A DNA stretch of 64,000 nt from Candidatus Nanopelagicales bacterium (GTDB lineage: Bacteria; Actinomycetota; Actinomycetes; S36-B12): the NCBI GenBank assembly GCA_040398845.1, contig JBBATH010000008.1, forward strand, positions 17,917 to 81,916. Reading direction: 5' to 3'. Under the pieces are notes generated by a model. That model was not told the DNA's origin. It searched no databases and saw only the letters and a list, made by a program, of their open reading frames with translations. Positions 57,402-64,000 of the stretch are shown here, one piece after another. Each line of letters opens with the position of its first letter. Position 1 is the stretch's first letter. The position numbers and the translations under genes were made by a program.

Positions 57402-59123
57402 TCAGGTCGACGGAACACGCCAGCTCAGACGCGTGCCACCTGTGTCGGATACCCGCTCGAGGGCGCACGAGCCCCCAAGGCCAATCGCCCGGGCGTCAAG
57501 GTTCGCGACACCGGAGCGGCGCCCGGGGCCGTGAATCGGCACACCGACGCCATCGTCGGTCACGATCAGGATCACCTCAGATGCGATGACTTCAATCGAA
57601 ACATCGACCCTCCCCGCATGCGCGTGTCGGGCAGCATTCGTGAGCGCCTCTCGTAGCGCGGAAATGAGGTGATCTGCCGTGGTGTCAGCAACCGCGGAGT
57701 CGATCACCCCGGTAAACGTGACCGAAGGCTCGAATCCAAGGAGCGCGGCCGCCTGTGCCGTCTCGCGCAGGATGCGGCCACGAAGACCTGTCGATGGACC
57801 CACGGTGGGCTCATGCAGCGCGAATATCGTCTGACGGATCTCGCGGATCGTCTCGTCCATCTCATCGACTGCCTTCGACATCCGGTCACGCACTGAATCG
57901 TCAAGCCCCGGGGTCCGAAGCGCCCCCTGCAATTGCATGCCGGTGGCAAAGAGTCGCTGGATGACAAGGTCGTGCAGGTCGCGCGCAATTCGATCGCGAT
58001 CCTCGTACACCGCAAGCCTGCCCTGCTCCCGCCGATGCTCCGCAAGCACCAGCGTTACTGCTGCCTGCGCAGCGAACGCCTCAGCGAGTTCGACGATATC
58101 GAGTGGCACGGCGCTAGCGCTGATATCCCACAGCAGGCCCGCTACACCGAGGGTGCGATCCGCAGCAAGCATCGGCAACACAATCATCTGGCCGAACTCG
58201 CGCGGTGTATCTAAATCGAGGGTGAACGGGCCACGCCCGATGGTGGAGCGTGATGCGAAGGCCTCAACTAACAACTGTCCTTCAGCCGGCTGTCTTCCGA
58301 GGAGGCCTCGACTTATGCCATCGAAGGCAGCACTGCGCGAAACTCGACGACGGCTTCGTTGAGGCGTCCATCGGGTTGGCGCCGCACTGGCATCCTGATC
58401 CTCGAGCCTCACGTTCACGACCTCGACCACCAGATTGCCCTGGGCGTCCGGCATGGCAATCAGGGAGGCGTCGGCACCCGTGAGCCCAAGAAGTCCAGCA
58501 CTGATGACCGGCAGGACCTCCGCGCTTTCAGCTCCACCCAACACCGCGTTGGCGATCGCCGCAACAGCCTCCTGCCAACGCTCGCGCTGACGGCTGCGCT
58601 CGTAGAGTCGCGCATTCTCAATGGCGACTGCTGCCGCGGCAGCGAGCGCCATCACCGTTCGTTTATCCTCCGCCGTGAACCCGCCGGCACCACGTTTTTC
58701 GGTGAGGTAGAGATTGCCGAATATCTCACCGCGAACCCGAACAGGCACCCCGAGAAAGGAGTTCATCGCAGGATGACCTGACGGGAAGCCTGTCGACAAG
58801 GGATGGTCAGTGAGCCGCTCAATGCGAATCGGGACCGGATTTTGGGTCAGCAGCCCAAGGATGCCCATACCGGTCGGGAGCGGTCCAATCGACGCGGCCA
58901 CAAGCGGATCTATACCAACGTGGATGAACTCGACGACCCTCCCATCGGCGCCAAGGACCCCGAGGGCTCCGTATTCAGCGTCGACGAGGTCTACCGCCGC
59001 CTTCACGATCCGGCGAAGCGTCGCACCAAGTTCAAGTCCCGCCGCAACCGAGACAACCGCCGCAAACAATCCACTGTCCCTGTCGCCCCCCATAGGGTCA
59101 TCATCCCCCGATGACGATGCCAC
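57402..59123 (-). CDS. GAF-GAF sensor histidine kinase (DosS/DevS-like)
   Basis: GFPSGHPAMNSFLGVPVRVRGEIFGNLYLTEK, DRDRIARDLHDLVIQRLFA, EALTNAARHA, DDGVG. Confidence 0.9.
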   Translation of the reverse strand: MASSSGDDDPMGGDRDSGLFAAVVSVAAGLELGATLRRIVKAAVDLVDAEYGALGVLGADGRVVEFIHVGIDPLVAASIGPLPTGMGILGLLTQNPVPIRIERLTDHPLSTGFPSGHPAMNSFLGVPVRVRGEIFGNLYLTEKRGAGGFTAEDKRTVMALAAAAAVAIENARLYERSRQRERWQEAVAAIANAVLGGAESAEVLPVISAGLLGLTGADASLIAMPDAQGNLVVEVVNVRLEDQDASAAPTRWTPQRSRRRVSRSAAFDGISRGLLGRQPAEGQLLVEAFASRSTIGRGPFTLDLDTPREFGQMIVLPMLAADRTLGVAGLLWDISASAVPLDIVELAEAFAAQAAVTLVLAEHRREQGRLAVYEDRDRIARDLHDLVIQRLFATGMQLQGALRTPGLDDSVRDRMSKAVDEMDETIREIRQTIFALHEPTVGPSTGLRGRILRETAQAAALLGFEPSVTFTGVIDSAVADTTADHLISALREALTNAARHAHAGRVDVSIEVIASEVILIVTDDGVGVPIHGPGRRSGVANLDARAIGLGGSCALERVSDTGGTRLSWRVPST

Positions 59124-59186
59124 CGGAAGGGGGAACCCGAATCACCGCAACCCCAACCGGTAACAGACCAGACGGATCCGAGGGTG

Positions 59187-59206
59187 CGCGGGACTAACGT
59201 CCTGAA
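59187..59206. promoter_or_regulatory. DosR/DevR-type binding box
   Basis: CGCGGGACTAACGTCCTGAA matches 16/20 positions of the recalled consensus TTSGGGACTWWAGTCCCSAA. Lies upstream of the DosS-like kinase. Confidence 0.6.
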
Positions 59207-59289
59207 GTTCTGGGCGACTCATGGGTGACGTCGGTTCCCGGCACCGAGGTCGAATGGGCTCTGGCTCAATCATCTGAGAGGCTGTCCGA

Positions 59290-60240
59290 GTGACGATAAG
59301 CCCGAGCGAGGTTCGAGCGGCTCAGGGCCCTCGGGTGAGCGCCGGTACCCCCCTTCAGATCTGGGTTCCGCTCGTCGCGCTCTGGCTCGTATGGGGTTCC
59401 ACCTATCTCGCGATCGCTGTCACGACCCAGACGATGCCGCCCTTGCTTTCAGCCGCGCTGCGTTTTCTTGCCGCGGCTGCACTCCTCGGAGTCGGGCTCA
59501 TCATGTTCAAGGGCATCGGAGTGCTTCGGGTCAGCCTCCGCGAGCTCGCCTTTTCAGGCCTCATGGGAGTCATGCTCCTCGGTGTCGGAATTGGGACCGT
59601 CTCGCTGTCCGAGCAGCACATTCCGAGCGGCGTCGCGGCTCTTCTCGTCTCCGTGAACGCGCTCTGGGTCGTCCTGCTTCGGGTGCGCGCGGGGCAACGT
59701 CCGTCCCGACTGACCCTGGCAGGCGTGGCTGTCGGCATTGTGGGGCTGGCGTTCATGCTCCTTCCCGGGGGGACAGCAGTCATCTCAGGAACCGACCGCG
59801 ACGTGGTCTTCTGGTCGGCGGCCGTGCTCGTCAGCGCCTTTTCCTGGGCCTTCTTCTCATTCAAGTCAACGGGCTACCCACTGCCACGCAATGTGTTTGT
59901 CATGACCTTCTACGAACTCGTGATCGCGGCATTAGCGCTCCTAGGCGCCGGGGCCGTGACCGGCGAGCGCCTTGATTTCACCGTGGTCACCCAGTCCTCG
60001 TGGGTCGCCCTGGGCTGGCTTGTCCTCGCCTCCCTCATCGGGTACTCCGCCTACGGTTGGCTCCTCAACAAGGCCCCGTTGTCACTCACCTCGACCTACG
60101 CTTACGTGAACCCCGTCGTCGCGGTCCTGCTCGGCTCGCTCATTCTCAGCGAGCCGCTCACCCGCGACGTCATCGTCGGCCTCACCGTCGTGCTCGGCGG
60201 CGTCATTCTGGTGATCAATGGCGAGCGCCGCACCCGCTGA
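59290..60240 (+). CDS. EamA family transporter (YedA-like)
   Basis: VWGSTYLAI, TYAYVNPVVAVLLG. Confidence 0.9.
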   Translation: MTISPSEVRAAQGPRVSAGTPLQIWVPLVALWLVWGSTYLAIAVTTQTMPPLLSAALRFLAAAALLGVGLIMFKGIGVLRVSLRELAFSGLMGVMLLGVGIGTVSLSEQHIPSGVAALLVSVNALWVVLLRVRAGQRPSRLTLAGVAVGIVGLAFMLLPGGTAVISGTDRDVVFWSAAVLVSAFSWAFFSFKSTGYPLPRNVFVMTFYELVIAALALLGAGAVTGERLDFTVVTQSSWVALGWLVLASLIGYSAYGWLLNKAPLSLTSTYAYVNPVVAVLLGSLILSEPLTRDVIVGLTVVLGGVILVINGERRTR

Positions 60241-62392
60241 CCTCCACGCCCCGCCGTCCCTCGAATCGATCCCGAGGGGCGCACACCGGCGTGACATTCA
60301 GGGCCTGCGGGCCATCGCCGTGCTCATGGTTGTGGTCTTCCATGCCCGTCTGCCGATGCCTGGCGGGTTCACGGGGGTTGACGTCTTCTTCGTGATCTCC
60401 GGCTTCGTCATCACTGGGATGCTTCATCGCGAATGGCTTGCCAGCGGCCGCATCCGGATGCGCACCTTCTACCTGCGCAGGTTCATGCGCCTGGGGCCCG
60501 CACTCGGCCTCGTCGTGGGGGTGGTGGTCGTGCTCTCCGTCGTGCTGCAGAGTCCCTTCGGCCCGCAGCAGACCGTCGCGACCACCGGGCTCGGCGCCTT
60601 GATCATGTCCGCGAACCTCGTCATCGCCAGTGCGGCAGGCGACTACTTCGCGGTTACCGCGACCCAAAACCCACTTCTCAACACCTGGTCGTTGTCGGTT
60701 GAGGAGCAGTTCTATGTGGTGTTCCCGACCCTGCTGCTCGTCGGCTGGGTCGTGGCTCGACGACTTCGGCGGGTCATGGCGCCGCCGCTCCTCCTCATCG
60801 CATTGGCCTCTGCGCTCTCATTCACCGTGTCCCTCATATGGACCGGCGGCAACGAGTGGGGCGCATCGCTCACTTCGTTCTTCGGCGGTCCACAGGTGTT
60901 CGCGTTCTACGGACCCTTCTCACGGGTCTGGGAGTTCGGTGTGGGGGCCATCCTCGCGCTCCTCGTCGCGAAAGGGTGGTGCCTTGGGAGGTCAACGGGT
61001 CACCTTGCGGGACTCGCCGGCGGAGTGCTGCTTCTCGTCTCGGCCTTCGTCATCACCGATGCCATGCCCTTTCCCGGAACGGTGGCACTCGTGCCCGTCA
61101 CCGGCACCGCGCTCCTCCTCATCGCGGGAGCGAGCAGGGGTTCGTTCGTCAACCGGGGCTTGGCGATCCGCCCGCTCGTCACCGTTGGCGACTGGTCCTA
61201 TTCCTGGTACCTCTGGCACTGGCCGCTCATCGTCTTCGTGGCCGTCATTCTGCCCGGGGAACCGGCCGCCCTCGTCATCGCTGCGCTCGGATCACTGGTT
61301 CCCTCATGGCTCTCGTACCGGTTCGTCGAGCAACCGCTTCGCCGGTTCCGGCCAGCCGGAAGGATCAAGACCGCTTTCGTCGTCGCCCTGATCTCCGGGG
61401 TCCCCATCGCCCTGTGCCTTGGCTTGCTGTGGGGTGCGAACACCGGTTGGGGTGGGCGTTTTGCTCTCCCAACGGAGTCGACGTCGTCGCCTACGCCCGC
61501 TCAAATTGGCGACGGGCAACCGGGTCCCGCAGCCTTTGATCCCATTGAAGGCGACGGAGCAATCGAGAAGAACACCACCAGGGGCGACCTGCGGGCTCAG
61601 CACGTGGCCGTCAAGGCCGACTGCGTGAACACCGACATCGACCCAACTGGCTGCAGATTCGGTCCAGCCACGTCCAAGGGAACCGTTTTGGTGCTCGGCG
61701 ATTCGCAGGCCTACGCGATCGGTGATGGTGTCATCAATGCAGCAAGTGCGCTCGGCTATGCCACCGTCGTGAGCAGTCGCACCGGCTGCCCCTTTCTCGG
61801 CCGCGAGCCCAGTGGAACCCACGACGACCCGTGCCGCCCATGGCAGAAGTCGGCCCTGGCGTACGCCCTGTCGAGTTCGCCAGCCGCGGTCGTCATCGCG
61901 AACCGGTCTGCCGGCTATGTCCATCCCGAGTGGGGTTGGCGCACGGCCGCGACCGATGAAGGTGGGATGGCCTCTTCAGTCGCTCAGGCGGCCGGGCTCT
62001 GGGAGCAGGGGATTGAGGCCGTCGTCGCGCCGCTGCGCGAGGCAGGTATCCCGGTCGTCATCATTGCCGCGGTGCCCGAGATGCCCGAGTTCACCGATCA
62101 GCGATCGCTGTTTTCGCAGGCCTTCGGATCCCGCCCGTACGAGGTGCCGAGGAAGCAGTCCATTCAGGATCGAAGGCCTGCCCTCGATGCCGAGGAAGCG
62201 GTCGCGACACGTCACCCGGGCACCCTCATCTTTGATCCGATCCCGGTCATGTGCCCGACAGAGACCTGCTTTTCCGCCGTCGATGGCGTGCTGCGATACC
62301 AGGACGAGACCCATCTCACCGTCGACGGGTCTGTCCTCCTCGCCCCTGGGATTCAAGGCATTCTCGGGAAAGCACTTACGACCAGACCCTGA
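60218..62392 (+). CDS. Acyltransferase_3 plus SGNH domain O-acyltransferase (OatA/OafA-like)
   Basis: DIQGLRAIAV, GVDVFFVISG, WSLSVEEQFY, SYSWYLWHWP; VLGDSQA and DETH. Confidence 0.92.
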   Translation: MASAAPADLHAPPSLESIPRGAHRRDIQGLRAIAVLMVVVFHARLPMPGGFTGVDVFFVISGFVITGMLHREWLASGRIRMRTFYLRRFMRLGPALGLVVGVVVVLSVVLQSPFGPQQTVATTGLGALIMSANLVIASAAGDYFAVTATQNPLLNTWSLSVEEQFYVVFPTLLLVGWVVARRLRRVMAPPLLLIALASALSFTVSLIWTGGNEWGASLTSFFGGPQVFAFYGPFSRVWEFGVGAILALLVAKGWCLGRSTGHLAGLAGGVLLLVSAFVITDAMPFPGTVALVPVTGTALLLIAGASRGSFVNRGLAIRPLVTVGDWSYSWYLWHWPLIVFVAVILPGEPAALVIAALGSLVPSWLSYRFVEQPLRRFRPAGRIKTAFVVALISGVPIALCLGLLWGANTGWGGRFALPTESTSSPTPAQIGDGQPGPAAFDPIEGDGAIEKNTTRGDLRAQHVAVKADCVNTDIDPTGCRFGPATSKGTVLVLGDSQAYAIGDGVINAASALGYATVVSSRTGCPFLGREPSGTHDDPCRPWQKSALAYALSSSPAAVVIANRSAGYVHPEWGWRTAATDEGGMASSVAQAAGLWEQGIEAVVAPLREAGIPVVIIAAVPEMPEFTDQRSLFSQAFGSRPYEVPRKQSIQDRRPALDAEEAVATRHPGTLIFDPIPVMCPTETCFSAVDGVLRYQDETHLTVDGSVLLAPGIQGILGKALTTRP

Positions 62393-62412
62393 TCCGCCCT
62401 AGCCTGCGCAGC

Positions 62413-63957
62413 ATGAGCCTGTTGCTTCACCGCATGAATCTGCGCAGGCGTGCCGCCATCTTCTCGCTCATCACGATCACCATCGTCGTCGTGACATCAG
62501 CCGCACTCACCCGAGATTTCGTCGACGAAGTCGACCGGCAGAGCCTCATCACCGACCACCTCGAGCCCGCTGCCCAGATCGCAGGCTCCCTGCAGGCAAC
62601 TACCGCGCAGACCTCAGCGGGAATCGCGCAGTACGTGGTGACAGGGGAAGGCGACGAGCGGGGTCTCGCCGCAACGAGCCTCGCCAAATCAACCGATCTG
62701 CTCACCTCACTGGAACGCCTCCTCTCGAGTGACCCAGCATTACAAATGTCCGCCAGAGTTGTCGCGCGGACATACGGGACATGGGTGACCGAGGACGTCA
62801 TTCCGCTATTCGCCGACATGGCGGAGGGGAGAACCTCTGCTGCCAAAAGAAGGGTCGACGCCCCCTCCGCGGCACGACATTTCACGGACCTCGACTCCGC
62901 GAATACTCAACTCATCGCGAGCATCGAGGCTGCGCGAACCGAAGGGCTCATCGACCTGCGCCGAATCACGCAGAACCTCGGGATCGTCCTTATCGCGGCA
63001 GCAATCCTCGCCATCGGCCTGTCCGCCTGCTCCACCCTCGCATTGCGCGCCTGGATTCTGGATCCGCTCGATCGAGTGCGCGCAGACCTCCGTCAGGCCG
63101 CTGCACTTCCCACCCATGAAACCCCGATCGAGCCCACCGGCGCCCAGGAGATAGCAGAGGTGGCCAAGGATGCCGAGGCACTTCGGCGAGCACTCCTACG
63201 CGAGATTGACGCCGCTCAGGCGGCGAGGGTCGCCCTTGAGCATGGCGCTCCCACCGTGGTCGCACTTGAACGCGAGATGGCGCCACCGTCCGACCCCCAC
63301 CTCGCCGGCATCAACATGTTTGGGACAACTCGCGCTGCCCAGGGCGTGATCGCCGGGGATTGGTGGGATGCCGTCCCACTTCCGGGTGGCGGGTTCGGCC
63401 TCATCATTGCCGACGTCTCAGGGCACGACCTTCACGCCGGGATCACCGCAGTCGGCCTGCGCTCCGTCTTCCGGACCGCACTCCTGGCAGGACTCAGCGC
63501 GGATCAGGTGATGGATCTCGCAGTGACGGGACGACAATCCGGTGGTCTGCTCGTCACCGCATTCATCGCCCTCGTCCCGGACGGTACCGACACCCTCGAA
63601 TGGGTGAATGCCGGACACCACCCCCCGCTTATCGTTCGAGGTGACGGCACCATCGGCTCCTGCGGGATAACCGGCCAACTACTGTCGCCGCTGGGCGGGC
63701 AGTGGCGGACCGATCAGGCACCCTTCGGCCCCGGCGAAATATGCCTCGCGTTTACCGATGGTCTCGTCGAATCCCTCGACGAGCATGGTGAGGAGTTGGG
63801 GCAGCACGGTCTCGTGGCCATTATCGAGGGCATGGCACCCTCAGTACGGGCTGATCCGACAGAACTCGTCGAGCATGTCATCGGTCGAGCCCGACTCCGT
63901 GCGACCGAATGGAATGCCGACGACATCACGGTGCTGGCATTCGGACGCAGCACCTGA
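62413..63957 (+). CDS. Membrane PP2C/SpoIIE-family phosphatase with CHASE3-like sensor and HAMP
   Basis: Two TMs flanking a helical domain; AGDWWD, IADVSGH, NAGHHPP, FTDGLVE, DDITVL. Confidence 0.88.
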   Translation: MSLLLHRMNLRRRAAIFSLITITIVVVTSAALTRDFVDEVDRQSLITDHLEPAAQIAGSLQATTAQTSAGIAQYVVTGEGDERGLAATSLAKSTDLLTSLERLLSSDPALQMSARVVARTYGTWVTEDVIPLFADMAEGRTSAAKRRVDAPSAARHFTDLDSANTQLIASIEAARTEGLIDLRRITQNLGIVLIAAAILAIGLSACSTLALRAWILDPLDRVRADLRQAAALPTHETPIEPTGAQEIAEVAKDAEALRRALLREIDAAQAARVALEHGAPTVVALEREMAPPSDPHLAGINMFGTTRAAQGVIAGDWWDAVPLPGGGFGLIIADVSGHDLHAGITAVGLRSVFRTALLAGLSADQVMDLAVTGRQSGGLLVTAFIALVPDGTDTLEWVNAGHHPPLIVRGDGTIGSCGITGQLLSPLGGQWRTDQAPFGPGEICLAFTDGLVESLDEHGEELGQHGLVAIIEGMAPSVRADPTELVEHVIGRARLRATEWNADDITVLAFGRST

Positions 63958-64000
63958 GGTCAGCCAAACCGATTGCAAGACTCGCCCAGCCCGTACAGAC

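Noticed and set aside
57388-57405. Second DosR-like box (AGGACCTTGGGTC)
   Set aside because: The match is too weak and it overlaps the kinase stop codon.

Overview
High-GC actinobacterial chromosomal segment. Most of the window (about 3-53 kb) is a large cell-surface glycosylation island. It holds an ABC-transporter (Wzm/Wzt) polysaccharide pathway, many GT2/GT4 glycosyltransferases, a FkbM methyltransferase-GT4-GT4 fusion, nucleotide-sugar genes (two gmd-like genes, fcl, rmlA, rmlC), a priming glycosyl-1-phosphate transferase, a DUF4012 protein, GT-C-like membrane proteins, secreted Ig-like proteins and clan-A glycoside hydrolases. It also holds a small-peptide / kinase-methyltransferase / LTA-synthase-fold module. 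The left 20 kb is densely interleaved with toxin-antitoxin or defence-like cassettes: AAA_14 ATPase, XRE-ImmA-PIN, DUF3800 with a downstream structured RNA, HipBA, HTH-nucleotidyltransferase, Fic, HicAB-DUF6941 and RES-Xre. Several cassettes survive only as deletion-riddled relics (mazEF, hipA, MNT-HEPN, and relBE at 57 kb). The right end (53-64 kb) is more housekeeping-like: menJ, EamA transporters, ada, a DosS-like kinase with a DosR-type box, an OatA-like acyltransferase and a PP2C phosphatase. It also contains an unannotated 38-aa Cys-rich ORF behind a CsoR-type operator. I saw no CRISPR array, rRNA, tRNA, integrase or transposase. All family assignments come from motif recognition by eye, not from database searches.
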